Shown here piece by piece: positions 52,265 to 64,000 of a stretch of DNA of 64,000 bases. The position numbers and the translations under genes were made by a program. Within the stretch, counting starts at the first letter, position 1, and each line of letters begins with the position of its first letter. Where the stretch lies: assembly GCA_951406725.2 (NCBI GenBank), contig OX597826.1:38440001-38504000 (forward strand), in the 5' to 3' direction. The notes under the pieces are model-generated. The model was not told the DNA's origin, made no database searches, and was given only the letters and a program-made list of their open reading frames with translations. Origin of the DNA: Octopus vulgaris (Eukaryota).

Positions 52265-54417
52265 AAAATTAGTGTCAATGACACCCTCATTTCTACCTTA
52301 AATTTTTATTTTGCATTAATTAATGTTCATTCAACGATGCCTAGAGTATTTTTTTACGTGTTTTATAATTAATTTCTTCAAAGTTTTGATGCCTTGCTCT
52401 TTTGTAATGTTTGTTTTTAATTGAAACATTTTATTAAACTTTGTCAAAAAATGGGTTTCAATATTTCTGTGTGCAATTTTAAAGGACAGTTATTTTTGAA
52501 GGTTAATATACATCTAATTAAAAATTATTTAAATACCTGTAAATGAAGTTGTGGGTTTCTTAATTGCTTCAGGTATTTTGTGCATACATAACTGGGACCA
52601 GTTCGGTAGTCGCAATTTTATATCATTGTAGTTCTGTCAGCTTAAATGTTTGTTTGAAATGTATATTTTAAAGTTCTGATGATCTAATAATTGTCTTAAT
52701 TTAAATAGTTTCTTTCATTGCACAATTAACATCACCTTTCTTTCTGTTACGAGTTCCAAATAGGGTAATCAGTCGTAGTTTCTTTGTATATTTTAATAAT
52801 TTGTTTAAATTATTTAATTATCAAAACAAGTTTAATAAAACTGGAAGGTTGGAAATTCTTATTAAATTCTTAAATTTTTAGTCATTAACTTTTCTTGTAA
52901 ATGTTTCTTCTTTGTCATAATTTTAAACTTGATTTTTGAGGAAATTTTCAAATGCAAATATTTAATCAGGTGAAAAAAGAAGGTGGGGTGGGATGCACCA
53001 TAATTCTTTTAATTATTTTTTCCATGTATGTATGTTTCTGTAAGTACCGTATTTATAATCTTAAATCGCGTTTCACACGCAACTGTCAAACATTTTGTAA
53101 TGTTATGTTCCCCTGAAATATATTTTTAAAACCATGCGGCTGACCCCTTTTAACCGATTTATTAAGCAGCACCCAAGCGTATGTTTGTGTGTGTGTCTGT
53201 GTGCATACAGACTCACGTATGTACACATCCTATCACACATTGTTTTGGCCCTATCCTAACACCACCCCAACCATTTTATTTGCTTCGAATTCTAAATTGA
53301 CATTTTCTTTCGATGAAGCTATCAGCAGGTAAATTGACCGTTTTATTTCAAAAAAGGCCAAACACCTGATCACCAGGTGTCCAACTTACGAATCTGTAGC
53401 TCCACTGCTTCACAACAATATTTTGCCTGATTCATAGACTGAATGGAGTGACTAATAACTACATTGACAGCTGACCTTGCTACTTGTTCTTCAATAATTT
53501 TGAATGAGCCATTTGTTCTAATCACAATCTTCCTGTTTACTCTAGATAATACGTTATTTTTGTTTTGATACCCGGAAGATATATGTATAATATAATGTAC
53601 GTGTGTGTAGAGAGAGTTTGTGGGGTTGAAATGAACGATGTTATTGTAAGCGAGGGAGATGATTGCTGATTTAATCTCAGATTAATTTGCTAACACCATT
53701 TTAAATGATGTCTCTATTTGAGTCTTTGACTTCTGAACAGCCTTCAATGTCTCTGTATTTACCAAATCTTCTCCAGCAACATTTCTCTTTCATCAGATGT
53801 GGCAATGAATAGTCTTGATACAAATGAGATGAACTTGGTTCTTTCTTCTTTGTCATTTTGTCTTTACCTGTCAGTTATTTAAAAATCAGGTGTGATACTC
53901 TTCTAACACTCTTGTGGTCTAACATTGATTTAACTGGTTATAAGATATTTTATAGCTACTCTCTCACTCTCTTTCTCACACACACGCCCTTATCTTTGGC
54001 CATTTCTATGGTCATAGATTGGTCAGGTCATTCTTATAGCCTTTCTTTAATAATTTCATGAGAAAATACAAATTTCTGCTTCTGTCAATGTGAATCATCA
54101 TTATTAATATTTATAAAAACTTGAGTAGCAAGATATCTGTAGATCTAGTCATTACATCAACTCTAACTTATTTGATTGAGTTTTCTTTTAGATCACTAAG
54201 CCTTATCCAAGATTATCACATCTGTATATATATTGCATGATCAACCAGATTATTGGGTGTTGTTATACATCGCTAGTCACAATGCACTTTGCATGGTTTT
54301 AGCTTTTGAATGATGCCCCCCTGTTGCCTAGGTGAACAGGCCAAACAGTCCCTCCATTTGGAAGGCTAGTCTCACAGCATTACCCATTTACCGCTGAGTG
54401 GACTGTGACTCTGTGTG

Positions 54418-54457
<40 letters not shown>

Positions 54458-56036
54458 GAGAGAGAGAGAGCAGTTGCCATATTTCATTCCATAATAGCTT
54501 CCCCTGAAGAGTGCAGGGTTACCTAACACTCCGTTGAACCCCTTAGTGCAAAACCGATTGGTAAGATCGACCATAATGGATATATAGTACTGTACACTTG
54601 GATAGGCAAGGTGGCTGAGTTCCTTTTGAGTGTTGGGCCTCACGGAGGCAATGACTGAGACCTTTGGCATTATGTTTTGCTTGAGAAGACCCATCAAGCT
54701 GAGCAAAATAGCAGTCATGGCAGATACTGGTGTCACGCAAATTAGCACTCATGCTGGTGGCACGTAGATGCACCCTGATGTCACACAAATGACACCTGTG
54801 CTGATGGCATATAAAAGCACCCATTACAACTCACAGAGTGGCTGGTGTTAAGAAGGGCATCAATTTCATGTTCTGTTTGATCCCTACCAATAACACCAAT
54901 GTATTTGAGTGGTCTTCTTCCTTTAATACGGTACAGAAGTCTCCAAAACATAACATCTGATATGGCCTGTTATTCAGCTTGATAGAAGTGACCAGAAAAG
55001 CTTACATTCTCACTTCTAACCATAGAAATTTACAACTTTATGGCCCTTAACAGGATTTCATTTCACATTCATCCCAATCTAAAATGGAACCAAAACTGCT
55101 TCCTCAAAGGCAGGTCCTTGCTCTTATAAGAATTTTAGAACTCAGATTCTTCAAGCAAATAGCATCAGTTGTATCTGGATTTCTTCAAAACATTTGTGTT
55201 AACAGAATGGTTATTTTCCAGAATGAGTTTAACTCTGGTACCCTTGATGAGATTCTCAAAGCCCTCACCATCATATCTGAACAGTCAGCAAAGCACAGAT
55301 GGTTTAACAAAAGAGTTTCCATCAACAGCACCAATAATCTTTTAGGGAGACACCCTATCCATTTTTTGTTTTTGTAACTCTAGTGGAACACATCTTTAGC
55401 CAATCTTGACATCATCCAAGACAGTGGCCTCATCTGTAGGTGCAAGACATCAGTGGAGAGTGTGTACCTATGATCTTGCCTTGCCCTTACAACTCATTGT
55501 GTGATGTGCAAAACTTAACATCTCTTGAGAATGCTGTAACCAAAATTGGTCTGTTATGATGTACCTCTGTGTGTGTGTTTGTGTATAAAATAGAAAGGGT
55601 TCTCTTTAGTTTTGCTGAAAGTATGACCACCTCTTTTGTGTTGATGCCATGATAAAATAATAAACTTAGTACATCCTGTAAAGAGGTTGGTGATAGGAAG
55701 AGTGTCCAGCTGTAGAGAATATGCCCAAAATGGAACACACACCAAAGACATGGTCTCTGAATAGAATAGTTTATAACATTGTACACATTATACACCCATG
55801 AATGCAGTAGCATTTTACAGTCTATACATTTACATGATTACATTGTACACATGTATAAATCAGTTTAATGGTTTATTATATGTGGGTGTGTGGTAAGAAG
55901 CTTGCTTACCAACCACATGGTACCAAGTTCAGTCCCACTGTATGACACCTTGGGCAAGTGTCTTCTACTATAGCCTCAGGTTGACCAAAGCCTTGTAAGT
56001 GGATTTGGTAAATGGAAACTGAAAGAAGCCTGTTTG

Positions 56037-56105
<69 letters not shown>

Positions 56106-58594
56106 CAGTCCTACAGTCAATGTATTTGACTAAAACTTTACAAGGCAGTGCCCCAGCATGGCCACAGTCAAATGACTGAAACAAGTAAAAGAATAAAAGA
56201 TCTAATTTATTACATTGTACACATAAGTACTTTAGATTATTACAGTCCACACATCTAAACTGTAGAATTCAGACTAAATACTAACCAAAGGAGAGAAATA
56301 GAATAAGAGGAAACTGGTGATGGTTTGTATTAGGAAAGGTAGCTTATGAGAATCTTGATAGTCTTGAGAAATATGGTTTTTCAAAGAATGATCACATCTG
56401 GAACACCACAAGTCATGGCACATAACCTTATATTTTAGTTTACAAATTTTACTAATGCTTTAGCTTGGTTGTAACTGGCCCAAATGTTCTGCTTTATGTT
56501 TAAACCAACCAGATCTTGTCTTTCACACCTACCCTACAATGTCATTCTAAAAATAAACAATCATATCATCAACATCACAAAGCTTTGAGAAAATGCATGA
56601 TTCATTCGAAACAATGCGAATAAATAATCTTTACATTTGATAGAGGAATCTGAACGCTAACATTCATCAGCTGGTCTTTTAGCTGAACCAGCTAAACACA
56701 GACCATATGTCCACACCATTCAGTAAATACAAAATGAAACTTCTTCCATACTGGCTTGTTTGCTGTCTCTAATAAGGAATTAAGACTGTGATGAATGGGC
56801 TGGTTTACTTAACAGCACCACCAGAACTTTCAATGACATGGGAGAACATGAGGGATGGCGTGTCGGAAGTAACTTGTCTGGGATGTCATGCTACATTTCA
56901 GCCATAGGCTCAGGTGTGGCTGTGGTAAAACGTTTGCTTTCCATCCACATGATTTGGGGTTCAGTCTCATTAAATGGCACCTTGGGCAACAAGTCGTTTA
57001 GCGTCCGCTTTCCATGCTGGCATGGGTTGGATGGTTCAACTGGGGTCTGGGAAGCCAGAAGGCTGCACCAGACTCCAGTCCGATCTGGCAGTGTTTCTAC
57101 GGCTGGATGCCCTTCCTAACGCCAACCACTCCATGAGTGTAGTGGGTGCTTTTTACGTGCCACCGGCACGGGGGCCAGTCAGGGTGGCGCTGGCAATGGC
57201 CACGTTTGGATGGTTCGGTCTGGAATAACACTGGGCCAACCAAAATCTTGTGAGTGGATTTGTTAGATGCAAACTGAAAGAAACTCATCATATGTGTCTG
57301 TGTTTGTGAGCATGTCTTTGTGTTTGTCCCCTCCTACTGCTTGACAGCCAGTGTTGGTGTATTTATATCCCCATAACTTAAAAAACAGAATAAGTACTGG
57401 CATTGATTCACTTTACTAAAATGCTTCAAGGTGGTGCTCCAGCATGGCCACAGTCAGTTGACTGAAACAAGTAAGACTAATAGTTTGCATGGCAGTGTGT
57501 GTGTGTGTGTGTGATCCTCTAGACTGGACTGAAGTAGGTGTTGTTTGTGTTGAGGGCAGAATTGGAGGGGTTTCCCCTGAAACGGACAAATGGGGAGACT
57601 TAATGTGTTGCACTTTGGGTTACTCTTCTGATGCAATAATAAGCTTGCTTGAGATGTAGGTGCAAGCATGGCCTTGTGGTTAGGGAGCCTACCTTGCAAG
57701 CATGTGGTTTCATGGTCAGTCCCTCTGTAAGGAACCTTAGGCAAGTGTCTTACACAATAGTCCAGGGTTGGCCAAAGCTTTGTGAGTGAATTGGGCAGAT
57801 GGAAACTGTATGAAAGCCTATCATAGATCTGTGATGTGTTTGTTCACCACACATGCATACAGCTTGTTAACCAGTGCTGGTTTGTTTATGTCCTTATAAC
57901 TTAGTGGTTCAGCAAAAAGGACCAGTACAATAAGTACCAGACTTCAAAAAAAGTACTGTGGTCAGTTTTGAGGTGGTGGTGGTTCAGCATGGCTGCACTC
58001 CAATAAGTGAAATAAATAAAACAAAGGTGTGTGTGTGTGTGTGCACGTGTGTGTGTATTTATGCATAGCTGAAATTTCAATTTCTCTTCTCCACAGCAAC
58101 TGTAAAGAACAGCCATGAGAAATTCTTGGCACTTTGCAATAAATTTTACACTTCTCTCAATAGTGTCACTTCCCTAGTAAATGTGCTGTTGTTGCTGTTG
58201 TTAAACCAGCATTAATCTTAATTGTATGTGTATATATATATCATCATCATCATATATCTATGTATATATATATATATTTATGGCAAGCTGCTGAAAAGTG
58301 CAACCAGTTGTTGAACGATGACAGGAATATCATAAAAGGGACCTGTCTCTTTTGTCAGTTTGCAGCATCTGCCTTTCTGGTCTCTGCAGCTAAAGACAAG
58401 ATAACCACTCCGAAATGCATGCATCCTACAGTCTGGTTAGGGCCTGAGGTGAACTGATTTGGTGTATTTACACTTATTTGTCTACAGCAAGAAGTTTTCT
58501 CCATGACAAATTACAGTGAATGGTTATCTTATGGGTTTGAATGTGTCTCAAGCATTTATGAACTGGTCACTGCTTATCATTGTCACCCTGTACA

Positions 58595-58861
58595 TCTATC
58601 TATCTATCCATCCACCCACCCATCCATCCATCTATCCATCTATCCATCCATCCATCCATCTCCATCCATCCATCCATCTATCCATCCATCCATCCATCTA
58701 TCCATCCATCCATCCATCTATCCATCCGTCCATCCATCTATCCATCCATCCATCTATCTATCCATCCATCTTTTCATCCATCTATCCATCCGTCCATCCA
58801 TCCATCTTTTCATCCATCTATCCATCCATCCATCTATCTATCTATCTATCCATCCATCCAA
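58595..58861. repeat. (CCAT/CTAT)n tetranucleotide microsatellite
   Basis: ~265 bp of interleaved CCAT and CTAT units. Confidence 0.95.
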
Positions 58862-59845
58862 ACCAACCCCCACACAGTTGTGTGTATGTGTATAATGTCT
58901 AAACATGTTGTAGCTTGATACATTAAGGAAGTACTCAACACCCATATTAACTTAATTATTCTTCATAATTAATAATTTTAACAAACTCAATAATTCTGAT
59001 TTTCTCAAGAGATTCCGAATAAGAATCTCAAAACTGTAAGAATTTATCCAAACGGGCCAGGCAAAAATCAACTGCATTAACCCCGCCCAATGTTTCTACA
59101 TCAAACTCCATGTGGCCCTTGGGCTCAGTCCTCCTCCTCCTCCTGTTGCTGCTGCCTTGTATTCTAACAGTTCAAAAAAAAAAAAAATGTTTGAAATTTC
59201 AAAGCAGCCATTAGCCAACCAATGAACAGCTGTGAACCCACATTTGGCAGTTGTTTAGCTACTGCTGCTGGTAGCAGCAGCAGCAGTGGTGGTGGTGGTG
59301 CTGGTGACATTGGAGCAGTGATGATGATGGTTAAGAAACTAGGTGTCTTTGTATAATCCTTATCATATCATCTTACAGAAATAACTGCCTACTGTTGTTG
59401 CTGCAGACAGCAATTACGTTATCAGTTTTTTAATGACATATTTGTAGATTGGAGTAAATCGTGTAAACATTTCTGATTTATGGATTCAAAATATCTTTTG
59501 TTTTTCTTTTTAACCGTTTGCCACCGTTGACTCCTCTCATTTGCACTCTCTCTCTATAATCTGGATAATAAAAACAAAACAGAACAATCTCTGTTTATAT
59601 TGTCTGAACATTTCAATTAAATTTTATTAGTGTTACCTCCTTTTCTTGATTATTTTAGATTTCAAATACTTCTAGAGGGAGTTTTTGCCAACTAATTGCT
59701 TGGATAATCTCAGCCTATGTTACATAGGTGCAGCCATGGCTGTGTGGTTAGATGGTTTTAGGGGACTGAACCTTGAGCAAGTGTCTTATTTTAGCCCTGG
59801 GCTAAAAGTGTGTCAGATTTAGATAACTGAAAGAAATCCATTGTA

Positions 59846-59885
<40 letters not shown>

Positions 59886-60030
59886 GAAGAACACAATGCA
59901 CTGCCCAGTCCAGGAATTGAAACCACAAACTTATGATCAGCAGTCCAACATCTTAATCACTAGGCCACATGCCTCCACTACATGTATATATGGTTTCAAT
60001 TCCTGGACTGGGCAGTGCATTGTGTTCTTC
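59886..60030. repeat. Perfect 40-bp inverted repeat from SINE head sequence
   Basis: 59886-59925 is the exact reverse complement of 59991-60030; 65-nt spacer. Confidence 0.9.
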
Positions 60031-60182
60031 AGCAAAACACTTCATTTCACTCAGTTGGCAATAATGAGTAATTCTGTGATGGGTCAGCATCCTGTCCAGG
60101 TGGGGAATATACACACCACTGAAACTGGGAAACTGGCCGTCATGAGCCTGACATGGCTCCAGAAGGAAACATTTACTATATA

Positions 60183-60588
60183 TAGGTGCAGGAGCGGCTG
60201 TGTTGTAAGTAGCTTGCTTACTAACCACATGGTTCTGGGTTCATTCCCACTGTGTGGCACTTGGGCAAGTGTCTTCTACTATAGCCTCGGGTTGATGAAA
60301 GCCTTGCAGGTGGATTTGGATGACGGAAACTGAAAGAGCCTGTCGTATGTATGTATATATATATATATCTTATGTGTGTGTGTGTTTATATGTTTGTGCC
60401 TGTGTTTATCCCCCCAACATTGCTTGACAACCAATGTTGGTGTGTTTATGTTCCCATATCTTAGCAGTTTAGCAAAAGAGACTGATAGAATAAGTACTAG
60501 GCTTACAAAGAATAAGTCCTGGGGTCGATTTGCTCGACTAAAGATGGTGCTCCAGCATGGCCAGTCAAATGACTGAAACAAAAGAATA
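60183..60588 (+). mobile_element. SINE family A, full length
   Basis: Collinear with the 48545 copy. Further diverged copies at ~55883-56200, ~57657-58020 and ~62993-63355. Confidence 0.85.
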
Positions 60589-60845
60589 TATAAATGTATA
60601 TGTGTATATATATATATATATATAATATATATAATGTGAGCAGGTCTTTGTGTGTTTGTGCCTACTTGTTTTGATATTGCACAATAGTTATGAGTTTTGT
60701 ACTAAAACCATATGTGAACAGGATATGGGGTTATTTTATTCGCCTGCAATTTTCAAACTAAACTGGAGTTAAATTCTTTGAATAAGAAGCACATGATGTG
60801 ATGAAGTATTTTATAGTGCAAAGCTATTTGTAGCCAAACTCCCAT

Positions 60846-61430
60846 GGCTATGTGGTAAGAAGTTTTCTCCCCAACCACATGATTCCAGGTTCAGTCCCAT
60901 AGGCGCAGGTGTGCCTGTGTGGTAAGAGGCTTGCTTTCCAACCACATGGTTCTGGGTTCAGTCCCATAGGCACAGGTGTGCCTGTGTGGTAAGAAGCTTT
61001 CTCCCCAACCACATGGTTCTGGGTTCAACCCCATAGGTGCAGGTGTACCTGTGTGGTAAGGAGCTTGCTTTCCAGCCACATAGTTCTGGGTTCAGTCCCA
61101 CTGCGTGGCACTTTGGACGAGTGTCTTCTGCTATAGCCAATCTGACCAAAACCTTGTGAGTAGATTTGGTAGATGGAAACTGAAAGAAGCCTATTGTATA
61201 TATTTATGCATATATACATCTGTGTGTTTGTCCCCCCTCCCCTTACCACTTGAGAACTGGTGTTGGTGTGTTTACATCCTTGTAGCTTAGCGGTTCAGCA
61301 AAAGAGACAAATAAAATAAGTACCAGGCTTAAACAATGAGGAGTGGGGTCGATCCATTTGCTTAAAAATTTAAGGTGATGCCCCAGCATGGCCACAGTCT
61401 AGTGACTGAAACAGGTAGAAGATAAAAGAT
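60846..61430 (+). mobile_element. SINE family A copy with tandemly quadruplicated 67-bp tRNA-like head
   Basis: CCCA(T/C) junctions at 60896, 60963, 61030, 61097, then a normal body and tail. Confidence 0.88.
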
Positions 61431-61973
61431 GAAATAAAGTTCCTTGCTCAATGATACAACAATTCCAGGAAAGCAATTATCAAAGTTGTAACAATTTGAT
61501 TGAAAACAAAGTTGGGACAGGAACATCACCTTGCTCCACTCTGTAATCAACAACCATTGGAAACGATAGTTTACCTCTGAAATTTGCTCTTGCTTTTGTA
61601 CCATCATGGAACTGTATGAAAAAGGTTGACTTTGTTGACCTTTCCTCGTACTATCCTCACTACCTTCCTGCAAACTGTGTCAAAAACTTTCATAAAAACC
61701 TATTGATCGACTCACTTCAATACATTTTCGATGTAATTACAGCCCAGTAAAAACTGATGCCTTAGCATCCGTTTTTTCCTAATCAAAGCCATATTGGATT
61801 TCTGATAATAAAGGGACAAACATGGACGAAGAATTCCATTTAGAGGAACATACATGTGTGCTTGCATGCATTCATAGAATGTTAGAGTATATAAAATAAT
61901 GACCAAGTAAATATGATGTTAGACCATCTGCTGATATTTCCTTATGTTTCTGAGCAGATCCCTTTATTCTAGA

Positions 61974-62590
61974 CTAGTTGAATGACCCGTCGTTGCCAGG
62001 CAATTTTTGCAACAGAATGCCTTATATAGATTTTTGTTTATTCCATATCAGACCATGCTTTCCCTGACAGATAGGCCTCTTGGTCAGGACAGATTTGTGC
62101 AATTTTTCGTGAAAAAACTTTGTTGAGGATTTTTGAATTATTTACATGTCAGCTTGACTTTTTCGTATGACTTTATTCATTAAAACTTCAGAAGTTTTTA
62201 CATCTTTGGTTTGTCGTAATGCTTTGCTTTCATTTGTTTAATTAAAAAATTCCTCCTTGTAATGATTTTGCTTTCATTTTGTGATAGCTATCATGCAGAA
62301 AATGCAAGCTTCCAAATCCTGTTTTCAAATTAGGTAAAATTGATTAAACTTTTCTGAAATTTTTCTGGAACAAATAAATAACAAAATCGGATTTAATGTG
62401 GAGAATTATTTCAATATACCAAATTTGAAAATTTTGATATAATTTTAAAATTTCACAATATGTGACAGCAACAGAGAAGACCCTACAAAAGTAGGGAGAC
62501 AGACAATTATAGGGCATGACATACACACACACATTTACAAATGAACACACAGGGAATCACAAGTTTAAAATGGTGTATAGTAGACATAGA
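61974..62590 (-). mobile_element. Non-autonomous Helitron (~617 bp)
   Basis: Minus strand begins A|TCTATGTCTACTATAC and ends CCTGGCAACGACGGG-TCATTCAA-CTAG|T: 5' TC, 3' subterminal hairpin, CTAG, A/T insertion site, no TSD. Confidence 0.7.
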
Positions 62591-63834
62591 TATATATGTG
62601 TGTGTGTGTTTGTCTATGTTTCTTTGTGATGGACAGCAGAAGAGCCACTTACCCCCTCTCTCAAAGCTACATATTCCTCATACCTCTCTTTCCCTTCCTT
62701 GTCATTTTAAAAGTTAGTGTGTATGCATGGATCTATGTATTTACAAAAGTATGTATGTAGCATTGCATGTATATCCATGAACAACAGCTGCATTAATGTT
62801 ATCATCCCACTGCCACTCCATATATGTTGCTTACACAATGCTGTTCTCCCCTACCCTGATATCAGCAACACTCACTATGCCACCACATTTCCCTCAGACT
62901 AACACTCTTGCACTCTGCGGATCCTCTGATACCCAAGAGACCATTAATGTTCCACTTAAACTACTGCAAGTTGATAACTGCAGGGAAAACATAAGTGTGG
63001 CTATGTGGTAAGAAGTTTGCTTCCCAATCATATGGTTCCAGGTTCAGTCCCACTGCGTGGCACCTTGACCATGTGTCTTTTGGCCAGTTAAAGCCTTGTG
63101 AATGGATCTGGTAGATGGAAACTGAAAGAAGCCTGTCGTATATAGATCTCTGTGTATGTTTTTGTGTCTGTGTTTGTCTGTCACTTGACAACTGGTGTTG
63201 GTGTGTTTACAACCCCATGACTTTGTGGTTTTGCAAAAGAGACTGATGGAATAGGTACTATGTTTTAAAATAAAAGTACTGGGGCTGATTGGATCAAGTA
63301 AAAGATTCTTCATGGTTGTACCCCAGCATGGCCACAGTCTAATGACTGAAACAGATAGCTGTATTGTGACAATTCTAGATGGCAATATTGAGGTGAAAAG
63401 AATGAGGAGAGTGCAGCCAGGTGGGGTGGGGTGGGGGATTGACAAAGTATGAGTGATGAAAGGAGGAGAGACGAGAAAGGAGTGCCCAAATGGAGGTAGC
63501 AGAGGGACAGCCAGCTTTGAGGAGCAGAGGCCATTATAGTAGTGCTAGGAATGGCAGAGGGAGAGGACACAGCACATCTATAAGCCAGAATGATATCATA
63601 CTAATCAATTTTTGTGGTATTTCCTTACAGATGTGGGAGCAGCATTCACCACTGTGGGTTCCAGTTTTGTATGTTGAAATTTGTGCTAAAATTCTTTCAC
63701 CTCTTCACCATTCTTACAATGTCTAACAATTACCATTGTCTCTGCAGATTTAACAAATCTTATTTCTCTTTCTTTCAGTGATCACCTCCATATTACTCTA
63801 GTCTGGACCATTCCTGATAAACAATTTACCAATC

Positions 63835-64000
63835 ATGGATGAATCAATTTATGATGTGTTTGTTGTTAATGTTCAAAAAACAGTTGAAGAATGCATTGCC
63901 CTAGCTTGTACTCCTTCCATGAATTCCCTCTACACCCTCAAATCAAACATTGAAAATGCTACCAGTTCTTGGCTGTCGGATTTCTTAGAAAATGGTGGCC
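63835..64000 (+). CDS. INF2: Inverted formin-2-like protein (GBD/FH3, DID domain), first coding exon, truncated by window edge
   Basis: Acceptor tctttcag| at 63778; in-frame upstream TAG at 63799; MDESIYDVFVVNVQKTVEECIALACTPSMNSLYTLKSNIENATSSWLSDFLENGG resembles INF2 '[39 protein letters not shown]'. Only 55 codons visible, so orthology versus INF2-like paralogue is unresolved. Confidence 0.65.
   Translation, partial: MDESIYDVFVVNVQKTVEECIALACTPSMNSLYTLKSNIENATSSWLSDFLENGG

Noticed and set aside
54880-55480. 97-aa ORF and surrounding unique-looking sequence
   Set aside because: No recognisable motif; possibly a transposon remnant but cannot be assigned.
58503-58918. Three 112-130-aa HPSI-rich ORFs
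   Set aside because: Translations of the (CCAT)n microsatellite.
63420-63438. GGTGGGGTGGGGTGGGGG G-quadruplex-like tract
   Set aside because: Only three long G-runs, within repeat-derived sequence; common and uninformative.

Overview
AT-rich, microsatellite- and SINE-dense animal genomic DNA, most likely an octopod cephalopod (inferred from repeat content, not proven). Three protein-coding genes are supported. (1) The 5' part of CEP135 lies on the minus strand: nine coding exons traced with GT-AG junctions and continuous phase from 38910 down to 875, continuing off the left edge, with a 23.5-kb intron and a probable promoter near 43.5 kb. (2) A complete, intron-free RAD54L ORF (2552-4768, +) is nested antisense inside a CEP135 intron and looks like a functional retrogene. 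(3) An INF2-like formin (GBD/FH3, DID) coding exon starts at 63835 (+) and runs off the right edge, with a candidate first exon near 52.0-52.26 kb. The rest is repeats: several SINE families, piggyBac- and mariner-type MITEs, a non-autonomous Helitron, RLE-type LINE 3' ends in (ATT)n tracts, a 5S rRNA pseudogene, and 37-, 63- and 67-bp tandem arrays. The most unusual non-coding structures are a ~470-bp palindrome of two head-to-head tRNA-headed units that each carry a hammerhead-ribozyme-like core, 50 nt from a CEP135 splice acceptor, and a separate minimal Penelope-type hammerhead at 14871-14908. Most short ORFs in the supplied track are repeat artefacts.
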